Below are positions 18,977-28,338 of a stretch of DNA of 64,000 nucleotides, one piece after another (the stretch's first letter is position 1; each line of letters starts with the position of its first letter). The stretch comes from a virus (taxonomy: Duplodnaviria > Heunggongvirae > Uroviricota > Caudoviricetes), in IMG/VR virus record IMGVR_UViG_3300048573_000051, positions 15,996 through 79,995 of that record; one strand, given 5' to 3'. The position numbers and the translations under genes were made by a program. The notes below the pieces were generated by a model that did no database searches, was not told the origin of the DNA, and was given only the letters and a program-made list of their open reading frames with translations.

Positions 18977-19876
18977 ATGTCTATTACAGCATTACCAACC
19001 CCACCAAGTAGGCAAGACCCTACAAATTTCAACGACAGGGCAGACACTTTCTTAAGTGCTTTACCTTTATTTCAAACCGAAGCAAATGCACTACAAGAGA
19101 ACGTAAACCAAAAAGAAGAAAGTGCTGTTGCTGCTTCTGCCTCTGCACTGTCTGTTGTTAACATTGTCAAATGGGTTAGCGGTACAACATATGAAAATGG
19201 TGCTGCGGTTTGGAGCCCCATTAACGGTTTAGCTTATCGTAGAATTGCGGCAAGTGGTTCTGGTACTACAGACCCAAGCTCAGATACAACAAATTACAAA
19301 CAAATCTCAGGAACAGGTGATGTTTCAACCTCTGGTAATCAAACTATTACAGGAACTAAAACTTTTACAAGTACGATTAGTGGTAATATCTCTGGTAATG
19401 CAGCTACAGCTACCAATGCAACTAATGCAACTAATGCATCGGTATCTTCTCAAGTTGTTGTAAATTATAACAACGATTCAAATGGCACTTATGCACTGCT
19501 TTGGGGCTCTGGAAATAGTATATATGCTACAGGAGGTATTTTTTGTAATCCCGGTTTAGATACTATTTATGCATCTGAAGTTCAAGCAACATCTGATGAA
19601 CGTTTAAAGACAAATTGGAGAGAGTTACCTGTTGACTTCGTAGAAAAACTATCTAAAGTAAAATCAGGTATTTACGATAGAACAGATATTCCGATGACTC
19701 AAGCAGGGTCATCTGCCCAAGACTGGCAGAAGTTACTTCCTGAAGTTGTCTCTGAAAATGAAAATGGAATGTTATCTCTTGCATATGCTAATGCAGCATT
19801 AGTTTCTGCAATTGCGTTGGCAAAGGAAGTTGAAATGTTAAAAGAAAAAATTAAACAATTGGAGAATCAATTATGA
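18977..19876 (+). CDS. tail fibre protein with C-terminal intramolecular chaperone (peptidase S74-like) domain
   Basis: The C-terminus SDERLKTNWRELPVDF...LAYANAALVSAIALAKEVEML matches the auto-cleaving intramolecular chaperone domain of phage fibres and endosialidases; the N-terminal region carries Gly-repeat collagen-like segments. Confidence 0.6.
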   Translation: MSITALPTPPSRQDPTNFNDRADTFLSALPLFQTEANALQENVNQKEESAVAASASALSVVNIVKWVSGTTYENGAAVWSPINGLAYRRIAASGSGTTDPSSDTTNYKQISGTGDVSTSGNQTITGTKTFTSTISGNISGNAATATNATNATNASVSSQVVVNYNNDSNGTYALLWGSGNSIYATGGIFCNPGLDTIYASEVQATSDERLKTNWRELPVDFVEKLSKVKSGIYDRTDIPMTQAGSSAQDWQKLLPEVVSENENGMLSLAYANAALVSAIALAKEVEMLKEKIKQLENQL

Positions 19877-20241
19877 CAGTAAGAGTTAGAGGTGGTGATA
19901 TTGTATTCAATGATGGTAGTACGCAGAGTACTGCTGCAGCAACCCCTAGCACAGACTTTGGTGTCGTTGGTACTTACGCAATTTTAATGCATGCAGTCAA
20001 TTCAGATTTGGCCCAAGGTGCCACAATAGCGGGATCAAGTTTGCGGCATTCATTAACTGGTATTACTCCTTTTGGCGCTGTTACTAGAAACATCTACGGC
20101 ACCTACCCCGGAGGCGGTATAGCACCATCTGGAACTTGGAGAAAGATGTCATACGGATTTAGTTATCAGACTTCACCATATGACTCCTATGGTAATTTAA
20201 TATACTATTGGCTCCCAAGTTTGTTCGTAAGAATTTCTTAA
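19873..20241 (+). CDS. hypothetical tail-associated protein
   Basis: 122-aa ORF overlapping the fibre gene stop. Confidence 0.3.
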   Translation: MTVRVRGGDIVFNDGSTQSTAAATPSTDFGVVGTYAILMHAVNSDLAQGATIAGSSLRHSLTGITPFGAVTRNIYGTYPGGGIAPSGTWRKMSYGFSYQTSPYDSYGNLIYYWLPSLFVRIS

Positions 20242-20257
20242 TAAAAGGATTTGCAAA

Positions 20258-20530
20258 ATGAAAATTGAATACGCAAAAGACCTGCGATGGTCAAACGAGT
20301 CCCAAGACACAATTGATTTAATTGTAAAATGGGAGCATTTTAGTGAAGAGCACCCGTTTACAGCTTCTTTAAGCGACCCGGAAAACCACGGTAAAAAACT
20401 TTTTCAGGACGCAGTCGCAGGTAAATACGGGGAAATCAAAGAGTTTATCTTGGTAACTGAAAATCCCGTTACTACTTCACCATTCCCAACACCCCCTTCT
20501 GCTGAAATTCCTGTGGTGAACATCCTATGA
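20258..20530 (+). CDS. hypothetical protein
   Basis: 90-aa ORF with an AAAGGAT RBS. Confidence 0.3.
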   Translation: MKIEYAKDLRWSNESQDTIDLIVKWEHFSEEHPFTASLSDPENHGKKLFQDAVAGKYGEIKEFILVTENPVTTSPFPTPPSAEIPVVNIL

Positions 20531-20880
20531 GTACCCCTAATGTATCCATTGGTTGTGTAGCTAATTTATTCTCCCGCATGATGCACTTTGTAAAAGCGGG
20601 AGATATCGAGCACGGGCACACGCACCAGTTCGACCATTTGACCTTATTAGCCAAAGGTAAACTTAAAGTTACCGTAGATGGCGTATCATCTGAGTTCACA
20701 GCCCCACACATGATCTATATCCACAAAGATAAAGTGCATGAGTTAGAGGCTTTGACAGATGAAACAGTAGCTTACTGTATTCATGCTTTACGTGATAAAG
20801 ATAATAATGAAATTTTAGACCCAACAATGATACCCGAAGGTGTTAAACCTCTGTCATTAGCTGGTCCTATTTGTTCATAA
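20527..20880 (+). CDS. hypothetical protein
   Basis: 117-aa ORF; overlapping stop and start. Confidence 0.3.
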   Translation: MSTPNVSIGCVANLFSRMMHFVKAGDIEHGHTHQFDHLTLLAKGKLKVTVDGVSSEFTAPHMIYIHKDKVHELEALTDETVAYCIHALRDKDNNEILDPTMIPEGVKPLSLAGPICS

Positions 20881-20886
20881 TCACCC

Positions 20887-20915
20887 TTGATTTAACCAAC
20901 TAGTTATGATATAAT
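20887..20915 (+). promoter_or_regulatory. sigma70-like promoter TTGATT-17-TGATATAAT upstream of the lysis cassette
   Basis: TTGATT at 20887-20892, TATAAT at 20910-20915 with upstream TG. Confidence 0.5.
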
Positions 20916-20928
20916 AGTCTTAACTTTC

Positions 20929-20977
20929 GCCTGAAAGCTTTCTGTTAATTCAGACGGTTTTCAGGCTTTATTTTTAT
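20929..20977 (+). terminator. hairpin with U-tract immediately downstream of a promoter (leader terminator/attenuator)
   Basis: GCCTGAAA ... TTTCAGGC 8-bp stem followed by TTTATTTTTATT. Confidence 0.5.
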
Positions 20978-21028
20978 TACAGATCATAACTAACGTTATA
21001 CAGCAAACTAGCAGTCAAAGGTATTACT

Positions 21029-21256
21029 ATGTCAGAACAAATTGAACACCGTGTTATTAAACTAGAGTTAAAAGTAGAAGATCACGCAGAAGAACTAAAG
21101 AAACTGCAAGATATCTCTACAGATTTACGCAATTCTTTATCTGGTATTGAAAAGACGTTAAATCAGATTAAATACTTGGCAATCGGTGCAGTGTTAGTTG
21201 TACTAACTCAATCAATGGGTATTACTAACGTACTCAAATTAATAGTAGGATTATAA
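21029..21256 (+). CDS. XhlA-like holin / lysis-associated membrane protein
   Basis: 75 aa with an N-terminal coiled coil and a single C-terminal transmembrane segment (YLAIGAVLVVLTQSMGI), the XhlA-family architecture; first gene of the lysis block. Confidence 0.4.
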   Translation: MSEQIEHRVIKLELKVEDHAEELKKLQDISTDLRNSLSGIEKTLNQIKYLAIGAVLVVLTQSMGITNVLKLIVGL

Positions 21257-21257
21257 C

Positions 21258-21749
21258 ATGTTACCATTAATATCGGGAATAGTAAGTTCATTAATCTCTG
21301 CGGGATTACCAAAGCTTGCACAAGTTGTAGTTGACAAGGGTTTAGATTATGTGGAAGAGAAAACAGGTATAAAGCTGGAACCTGAAATGTCTGCTGAAAA
21401 GATCGCAGAATTAAAACTAGCAGCTTCTAAGCACGAAGAATTCCAAGAAGAACAGCACAATAAAAATACTGCAAGTGCTCGTGATATGAATGCTCGTGTG
21501 CAAGAATCCAGCGTTGCTTCTACACTAGCTAAAAACGCAGCTTATATCCTAGATTTCATTATCGTCAGTGCTGCAGTGATTGTATCTTGGCTTGCATTCT
21601 TTAAAGGTGTGCCTGTTGAGAATAAAGAAATTGTTTATATGGCATTAGGTTCCTTGTGGACACTTACAGGTACTATCATTAACTTTCATCGTGGGTCTTC
21701 TCGCAATTCTCAATTAAAAGATGACACCATAAGTAAATTAACCAAGTAA
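21258..21749 (+). CDS. putative holin (multi-TM membrane protein)
   Basis: 163 aa with an N-terminal TM and two C-terminal TM segments; adjacent to the endolysin. Confidence 0.4.
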   Translation: MLPLISGIVSSLISAGLPKLAQVVVDKGLDYVEEKTGIKLEPEMSAEKIAELKLAASKHEEFQEEQHNKNTASARDMNARVQESSVASTLAKNAAYILDFIIVSAAVIVSWLAFFKGVPVENKEIVYMALGSLWTLTGTIINFHRGSSRNSQLKDDTISKLTK

Positions 21750-21757
21750 GGTGTAAC

Positions 21758-22204
21758 ATGAAATTATCTCAAAATTTTACATTGGATGAATTCACACAAT
21801 CAGCGTCTGCTAAAAGACTTGGTATCTCTAACGAACCAACACCAGAAGTCATTGCTAATCTACAACTACTTGTAACAAACGTCCTGCAACCGCTTAGAAC
21901 AGCCCTAGGGCGCTCAATTAAGGTTACTAGCGGCTACCGTAGCCTTGCAGTGAATAAAGCCGTTGGTGGTGTTAAAACAAGCCAGCACAGCGAAGGTATG
22001 GCAGTGGATATTGTTGTAGACGGTATGACACCTTACGATGTTGTGCAGTTCTTACTTGATATGAACATTGAGTTTGATCAAGTTATTAACGAGTTTAACG
22101 AATGGACACATCTTAGTTTTAACCAAGGTAGTAACCGCAAGCAAGTATTAACCGCTAAAAAGACAGATGGCAAGACTAGATTTATTTCTGGTCTTTTCAA
22201 ATAA
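21758..22204 (+). CDS. endolysin, zinc peptidase M15 family (L-alanyl-D-glutamate / D-Ala-D-Ala peptidase type)
   Basis: SGYRSLAVNKAVGGVKTSQHSEGMAVDI matches the M15 (VanY-like) SxHxxGxAxD zinc motif; last gene of the + strand module, followed by a strong terminator. Confidence 0.7.
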   Translation: MKLSQNFTLDEFTQSASAKRLGISNEPTPEVIANLQLLVTNVLQPLRTALGRSIKVTSGYRSLAVNKAVGGVKTSQHSEGMAVDIVVDGMTPYDVVQFLLDMNIEFDQVINEFNEWTHLSFNQGSNRKQVLTAKKTDGKTRFISGLFK

Positions 22205-22207
22205 AAG

Positions 22208-22250
22208 AAACCCCTAGAGGAAACCTTACGGAATCTTCTAGGGGTTTTTC
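22208..22250. terminator. bidirectional rho-independent terminator between convergent modules
   Basis: AAACCCCTAGAGG ... CCTCTAGGGGTTTTT long perfect stem with A-run before and T-run after. Confidence 0.7.
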
Positions 22251-22261
22251 TACGTCTGTAG

Positions 22262-22504
22262 TTATCCTACAAACTCTTCTAGTTGTTTAGCTGTCATTGA
22301 ACCTGTGTGACGTTTAACTACTTGTGTTCCTTCCATTAGCAATACCGTAGGTACTCCACGAATATTGAATTCAGTTGTAGCTGTAGGGTCAGCGTCAATA
22401 TCAATTATATTGATCGGAACGCCGAGGTCAATATCTTGAAGTTTTTTCTTCAGTTGTTGACAAGGGCCGCACCAGTGGGCGCTAAATACTACTAGATTTT
22501 TCAT
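22262..22504 (-). CDS. thioredoxin/glutaredoxin-like (NrdH/NrdC-type) redoxin
   Basis: 80 aa with a WCGPCQ active-site motif; downstream of nrdAB in the same operon. Confidence 0.7.
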   Translation of the reverse strand: MKNLVVFSAHWCGPCQQLKKKLQDIDLGVPINIIDIDADPTATTEFNIRGVPTVLLMEGTQVVKRHTGSMTAKQLEEFVG

Positions 22505-22943
22505 TTGTTTCCTTTAAATAGTTGATAGCGTTTTCTAAAATAACAGGATTATCTTTAGCCATACCGAGCATTGAATTGCACGAGCGATATAATAACCCTC
22601 TTACTACGCCAGTTGAATGACAGTGGTCAACGTAGAGATATTTATGCGTGTTATTATCTTGATGTGTTCCGCATATTTTGCAGTTGTAATTCTGTTTTTC
22701 TAATAACTCCAAGTATTGTTCTTTTGTCAGATTGTATTTATTTTCGATCATCCACCAACGATTAGAATCTGCTTTCTTATCTCGATTTTTCTCAAACCAT
22801 TTGTCATTGTAAACTTTTTGACAAGATTTACAAGCAGCTTTCTTACCGTCTTTAGAGTGTTTGTAATTTGAGAACTCACTGTAGAGTTTTAATTCTCCAC
22901 AGCGAGAACAGACCTTATTTAGCCCACACATCTTGCCAATCAC
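22482..22943 (-). CDS. HNH homing endonuclease with N-terminal zinc finger
   Basis: CxxC...CxxC N-terminus and YVDHCHSTGVVRGLLYRSCNSMLG HNH core; overlaps the nrdB 3-prime end and the trx start; paralogous to 27657..28184. Confidence 0.7.
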   Translation of the reverse strand: MIGKMCGLNKVCSRCGELKLYSEFSNYKHSKDGKKAACKSCQKVYNDKWFEKNRDKKADSNRWWMIENKYNLTKEQYLELLEKQNYNCKICGTHQDNNTHKYLYVDHCHSTGVVRGLLYRSCNSMLGMAKDNPVILENAINYLKETNEKSSSI

Positions 22944-23886
22944 CTGTTAAAGCACCTTTGGCATAATCAGTTACTCGTTGCTCAAAGAAGTTGCTATGTG
23001 TAGTACCAAGCATACCATCAACCCAAGGTAAAGGATTCTTTTTGATTTTAAAGATACCTTTCAAACCAAGAGCAATCAACCTGCGATCTGCAATGTAACG
23101 AATATAAAGTTTAACTTCTTCTTTAGTCAGCCCTTGCATTTCATTTACACCAAAAGCTAAGTCAATGAATTTATCTTCAAGATCAACCATTTTTTGTGCA
23201 ATGGTATACAACTGAGATTTTAGTTCATCAGTCCAAATATGTTTATTTTCTTTAACAAATTCTCTGAATAATTTGATCATGCTTTCAGTGTGTAGAGATT
23301 CATCAACTTGTGACCAAGCAATGATTTGACCCATCCCTTTCATCTTACCGAAACGAGCAAAGTTTAAAAGCATTACGAAAGAACTGAATAGTTGCATACC
23401 TTCTGTGAATGCACTAAATACAGCAACTTGTTGTGCCACTGAATTTTCATCTTGATTAATAAAAGATTCAATGTAATCGTGCTTGTCCTTCATCTCTTCA
23501 TACTGTAGAAATTCATTGTATGTAGTCTCTGGCATACCCAATGTTTCAATCAGGTGTGAATAAGCTGCAACGTGAATTGCTTCTCGTGCTGCAAAGCTTG
23601 ATAACATCATTCGTACTTCAGGTGCAGGAAAGTTTGGAAGGTAATTTGTTACATATGCACCAGCTACATCAATATCACCTTGTGTGAAGAATCGAAAGAT
23701 GTGTGTAAGAAACTGCTTTTCACTTTCTGTGAGCTTGTTCTTCCAATCATTAACATCTTCAATCATTGGTACTTCAGTATGCAACCAATGCATCTTTTCA
23801 GACATTAAGAAAGCATCGTATGCCCAAGGGTAGCTAAAGGGTTTAAAGTAACTGCGTTTATCTGTAAGTTTCAATTTTGTTTTCAT
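22915..23886 (-). CDS. nrdB: ribonucleotide reductase small (beta) subunit
   Basis: Di-iron/tyrosyl-radical motifs including FAAREAIHVAAYSH; adjacent to nrdA. Confidence 0.8.
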   Translation of the reverse strand: MKTKLKLTDKRSYFKPFSYPWAYDAFLMSEKMHWLHTEVPMIEDVNDWKNKLTESEKQFLTHIFRFFTQGDIDVAGAYVTNYLPNFPAPEVRMMLSSFAAREAIHVAAYSHLIETLGMPETTYNEFLQYEEMKDKHDYIESFINQDENSVAQQVAVFSAFTEGMQLFSSFVMLLNFARFGKMKGMGQIIAWSQVDESLHTESMIKLFREFVKENKHIWTDELKSQLYTIAQKMVDLEDKFIDLAFGVNEMQGLTKEEVKLYIRYIADRRLIALGLKGIFKIKKNPLPWVDGMLGTTHSNFFEQRVTDYAKGALTGDWQDVWAK

Positions 23887-23935
23887 TTATATCCTTAAAA
23901 TAGAAAGAGACTGCCGAAGCAGCCCCTATTATACA

Positions 23936-25726
23936 TCAACCTTCACAAGCTAGACAAGTGTCGTTGTTTACTAATGATGACATGTCGATTTCATCCTCAA
24001 TTCTTCTTCGTTCAACCTTCTGACCAACCTTATCAGCTTTACGCAATTTAGAACTACGAACATAGTATAAAGATTTTAACCCTTGCTTCCAAGCTTGAAA
24101 GTGAACAGCGTGTAAGTATTTTACACTAACATCAGGTCTAAAGAACAGATTTGTACTGATTGCTTGATCAACAAACTGTTGTCTATCAGATGTTTGCTCA
24201 ACAATCCAACGTTGATCAATTTCGGCAGCAGTTTTAAACACATCTCTGGTGTACTGATCCATCCATTCTAGATTCTGTACTGAACCATCATCTGCAATAA
24301 TACTCGCCCACGTATCATCATACCAAGAATCTTCATGTTTCAAAGCTTCTTCTTTAATGATCTTATCTAAAAACCTGTTCTTATTCAAGAATGCACCAGA
24401 AGTAGTATCTTGACGATATGCATTTGCTGAGTAGGGCTCAATACTTGGTGAAGTGTTTCCCATGATAATTGAACTAGACGCATTCGGTGCAACAGCCATA
24501 ACATGACTACACCGCTTCATCACATTCATAGTTGCTGCATCTGGACAAGGACCACGTAAGATTGCTAACTTTTCATTTGCAGCATCAAGTTGTGTTCTAA
24601 TGTGTTTAAACATTCGCATGTTAGTACTCTTAGCCAATGCGCCCTCAAATACAATATTATTCTTTTGCAGATAAGCATGATAACCTAATGCACCAACTCC
24701 TACGCTTCTCTCTTGAATTGCACTGAATCTTGCTCTTGCAATCTCATTAGGAGCATTCTGAATAAAATACTCAATAACGTTATCAAGCATTTCTAATATA
24801 TCAGGAATGAACTGAGAATCGTTTTTCCAAGTATCAAAGTATTCCAAATTGACTGAACTCAAGCAACAAACTGCAGTACGCTCTGCTGACGTAGCTAGTG
24901 AAATTTCACTGCACAAATTAGAACCATGATTTTTTAATCCTAGTTTCTTTTGGTATTCAGGTAGTCCTTCATTTGCACGATCAATAAACCAAAGGTATGG
25001 TTCACCAGTTTGCATACGTAATTCTAGCAGTTTCATCCAAAGAGCTTTAGCAGAAACAACTTCAGTTACTTTACCGCTGTGTGGTTGCACCAATTCCCAC
25101 GAATCATCTGCTGTTGGGTCAATCATGCATTTTTCAATAATCTGCATAAATTTGTCACTGATATTTACACCGTGATTCAAATTCAGTGTACGCATGTTTT
25201 GATCACCAGTTGGTTTACGCATTTCCAAGAACTGCGTAATATCTGGATGACTAATGTCCAAGTAAGCAGCATAAGAGCCTCTGCGAGTTGTACCTTGCTT
25301 GTATGCCAAACTAGATGCATCGTATACTTTTAAATGCGGCATTACACCTGCAGATTTTTCATCACAACCACGGATACCTACGTGTATTCCTACGCCACCA
25401 CCCATCATAGATAACCAGTTTGTTTCAGATAGGTTATTAACCAAACCTTCAGAAGTATCGTCCAAGAAATTTAAGTAGCAGCTAATTGGTAAACCACGTT
25501 TATTCCGTCCAAAAGATAGAATTGGGGTAGAGTAAGATAACCAGTGCTTTGATGCGTAGTCATAAAGACGTTGAGCATGTGCTTCATCTGTAGCGAAAGA
25601 TTGTGATACGAAAGCAAATCTATCTTGAGGTGACTGTTCATCATCTCGCATGTACGACTCTTTTAATCGTTTTAAACCAAGTTCATCAAACAATGAATCT
25701 CGGGTGTAATCTTTCTTAATTTGCAT
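23936..25726 (-). CDS. nrdA: ribonucleotide reductase large (alpha) subunit, class I
   Basis: 596 aa with catalytic-region motifs NLCSEI and a C-terminal Cys pair (CLACEG); upstream of nrdB. Confidence 0.85.
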   Translation of the reverse strand: MQIKKDYTRDSLFDELGLKRLKESYMRDDEQSPQDRFAFVSQSFATDEAHAQRLYDYASKHWLSYSTPILSFGRNKRGLPISCYLNFLDDTSEGLVNNLSETNWLSMMGGGVGIHVGIRGCDEKSAGVMPHLKVYDASSLAYKQGTTRRGSYAAYLDISHPDITQFLEMRKPTGDQNMRTLNLNHGVNISDKFMQIIEKCMIDPTADDSWELVQPHSGKVTEVVSAKALWMKLLELRMQTGEPYLWFIDRANEGLPEYQKKLGLKNHGSNLCSEISLATSAERTAVCCLSSVNLEYFDTWKNDSQFIPDILEMLDNVIEYFIQNAPNEIARARFSAIQERSVGVGALGYHAYLQKNNIVFEGALAKSTNMRMFKHIRTQLDAANEKLAILRGPCPDAATMNVMKRCSHVMAVAPNASSSIIMGNTSPSIEPYSANAYRQDTTSGAFLNKNRFLDKIIKEEALKHEDSWYDDTWASIIADDGSVQNLEWMDQYTRDVFKTAAEIDQRWIVEQTSDRQQFVDQAISTNLFFRPDVSVKYLHAVHFQAWKQGLKSLYYVRSSKLRKADKVGQKVERRRIEDEIDMSSLVNNDTCLACEG

Positions 25727-26146
25727 TTATTCATCCTCTGTGATTGTTGTATATTTATCTCGTGCTTCAAGCATAGCTTGCGCATCTTCTGTCTCATATC
25801 TTGAACGGTAAACATCTTCTGTTAACTTGCTTCCACTCGCTTTGTCAATGGCTGGTTTACTAGCGTAACCACTGTAAATCCAAGCTTCATCTGTGCGCTC
25901 TGCACCAACCCACCTACTACACATTACAATTTCATTGAATCTATTGCGATGTGTCAACCCATCTTGACGCTCAAAAGGTTTATCAACATCCATACCTAAC
26001 GAATGCAGAAAACTTTTGAACTTAATCTCTTCATTTTCAAACTCTGCTGAGTAATTGGGCATTACTTTTACAATCTCAGATTCTGAAACAATGCACAATG
26101 CTACGATTGCATTTGGACGAGGAGGAAATGTTAATTTTTTATTCAT
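25727..26146 (-). CDS. hypothetical protein co-transcribed with nrdA
   Basis: 139-aa ORF whose stop abuts the nrdA start. Confidence 0.35.
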   Translation of the reverse strand: MNKKLTFPPRPNAIVALCIVSESEIVKVMPNYSAEFENEEIKFKSFLHSLGMDVDKPFERQDGLTHRNRFNEIVMCSRWVGAERTDEAWIYSGYASKPAIDKASGSKLTEDVYRSRYETEDAQAMLEARDKYTTITEDE

Positions 26147-26325
26147 GTACTACCTTTAAAAATTAAGAGAATAGTGATTATATCACAGGGATTTGGGTAA
26201 AGCAAGGTCTTCATCCGTATCTACAGAATGTAGTTCCTTGTGGTCTTGAATTAGCTTATGCGTAGCAGCATAAAGTACTACTACGATTGCTACCGTAATG
26301 ATAGCACATAAAATCAACAGAAAGT

Positions 26326-26880
26326 TCATTGTTTACCTTTCAATTCAGGATTGTACATAAATTCAAGCAAGAACATTGCATTAACGGCTACAGCAGACAT
26401 ATGACTGATAGTTGGGTCACTACTATCTACATCATAGATTTCACCCCTCCTAATAGCCTCAAAATGCCTCATAAGAGCATCCATGTAGCGTTGTTCAGCA
26501 CCTTCTACCTTCTGCCAGTTATTACGCTCTTTATACTTCTTTAAACCTTCAGTTAAATTACGTGCAACTTCCTGTAATGCATACGGAGGTACTAATGTAT
26601 ATTGAAACTTACCTTGATCGTACTTAGTACCGGGAGTTTGCGGTTTATGGTTAGCTTCAAAGCCTTTCCAATCTTGCATTTGATGTGTATTAGACCGTAA
26701 ATCTACTGTTGAAACTGGTACAAAATACACATCATCTCTGGCACAATCTACAAACTTATTTGCAGATGTACACTCGTTACTACCGTTACGGAATGCACAT
26801 AGATTACACCCCTTACTGCTCTCTCTGTCAAAGATAGGTGTATAAACCTCACCGTTAACCGTAATATTGTCCAAACTCAT
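26326..26880 (-). CDS. hypothetical Cys-rich (zinc-binding?) protein, possible nucleotide-hydrolase partner
   Basis: 184 aa; N-terminal Cys cluster CNLCAF...ECTS...VDCA and a conserved-looking C-terminal helical half; directly downstream of the MazG-like gene. Confidence 0.3.
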   Translation of the reverse strand: MSLDNITVNGEVYTPIFDRESSKGCNLCAFRNGSNECTSANKFVDCARDDVYFVPVSTVDLRSNTHQMQDWKGFEANHKPQTPGTKYDQGKFQYTLVPPYALQEVARNLTEGLKKYKERNNWQKVEGAEQRYMDALMRHFEAIRRGEIYDVDSSDPTISHMSAVAVNAMFLLEFMYNPELKGKQ

Positions 26881-26882
26881 AA

Positions 26883-27386
26883 TTAATCCCCCTTAAAACC
26901 ATTCAATAACAAACTTGCAGGAATGCAGCTAGATAGGTCGTTTGATTCAAAATCAATTGGCTTCATAACTTTGTCATTCCAGTTTTTAATAACAAACAGT
27001 TCATACTCAGAGTTAAACTCTACTTGAACCGGGATACCATCTTCTTCATACTTTTGTGCAGTTTGAATTACAATTAGTTCTTTTGAAGGATACTTTGTTA
27101 AGTTATTATATGCTGTATCTCTCATGGCTTTATTTACGTCTACGCCTAGATACTCCAACTTCTGTAATAGACCTAGTGCAGTAACCATTACATCGATTAC
27201 ACCGTCAAGTGTTTCTTTCACGTTGTTCTGGTCAATACCTTTTTCTTTAATCTCTTTGGTTTCTTCAGCAATAAGTTTGTATTGAAACTCAATGTCTTTG
27301 AGTGTAGTGAGATTGTGCTTACCTGCGATTTCATTGAATGTCCAACAGTCTACTTGGAAATCTGAAATGTTGTATGTATCTTGCAT
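26883..27386 (-). CDS. MazG-like nucleoside triphosphate pyrophosphohydrolase
   Basis: IAEETKEIKEK...LDGVIDVMVTALG resembles the all-alpha MazG EExxE/D motif region. Confidence 0.4.
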   Translation of the reverse strand: MQDTYNISDFQVDCWTFNEIAGKHNLTTLKDIEFQYKLIAEETKEIKEKGIDQNNVKETLDGVIDVMVTALGLLQKLEYLGVDVNKAMRDTAYNNLTKYPSKELIVIQTAQKYEEDGIPVQVEFNSEYELFVIKNWNDKVMKPIDFESNDLSSCIPASLLLNGFKGD

Positions 27387-27656
27387 GTTTATACCTTTTT
27401 AAAATTGTGAATAGCCTTTAAAGCTACGTGTGCATCTTCCATTGCGTCTTCAATATAGCCCAATAGAAATAACGGAAGGATCAGCAACCATACGATATAA
27501 ACAATAAACTTCATGTTGTGGTTTGTTAACCAAATTACCCAAGGTTGCATTTTAATATCCTTTCAAAGTTGTTTAAGTCTCAATTGTACCATAATTCTTG
27601 GCTACTGCGACAAATTAGATGAAAAAATACCCTAGGAGTTAACCTAGGGTTTGTAC

Positions 27657-28184
27657 TTAGTTTTCTAACAGCTTATTTGATTTACTTAGATTTTCTTTTG
27701 CAAGAATAACTTGTAGATTCCACGGTACATGAAGACCACGAACATTTTTACCTCGAAGCGGTACTATGTGGTCTACATGATAATCTTGCCCTGTATAGAG
27801 CCTAAACATCTGGGCACAAGTGTAAAGTTCTCTCATTTGTTCAAGTTCTCCAGCAGTTAACCAAGTAGGTGTAGCCTGAAGTTTAGCTGCCCTGCGTTTG
27901 GAATGTTTAGCATTAATCTTATCCCTGTTTATTACACCATACTTTGCATCATACGCTGCAATCTTCTTTTTGTTATCTCGACGGTATTCCGCTTTCCGTG
28001 TTAAAATTTGATCTTTATTTTCTGCTCTATATCTGAAATTTCGATCTGAAATTTTATTTTTGTTGTCTTCGTAATAGCTCTTAATACAAGTTTTACATTT
28101 TCCATGATAACCATCTTTTTGATTCTTATGTTTATAAAACTCAGTGAATAATTTAACCTCTTTGCACTTAATGCATGTTTTCAT
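27657..28184 (-). CDS. HNH homing endonuclease with N-terminal zinc finger
   Basis: CIKCKEVK...CKTC zinc finger plus YHVDHIVPLRGKNVRGLHVPWNLQVILAKEN HNH core; flanked by intergenic gaps on both sides. Confidence 0.65.
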   Translation of the reverse strand: MKTCIKCKEVKLFTEFYKHKNQKDGYHGKCKTCIKSYYEDNKNKISDRNFRYRAENKDQILTRKAEYRRDNKKKIAAYDAKYGVINRDKINAKHSKRRAAKLQATPTWLTAGELEQMRELYTCAQMFRLYTGQDYHVDHIVPLRGKNVRGLHVPWNLQVILAKENLSKSNKLLEN

Positions 28185-28338
28185 AATTGATCCCCGTCAA
28201 ACATCCGTAAAATATAGAGCAAAAAGTAGTTACGGGAAACTACTCTTATCATTAAAGATCATGACTTCTTTAACTATTGCTTTATAACTATAACAGATAC
28301 TATTTAGGAAATCAAGTTAAATTATGGCATAAATTGCG

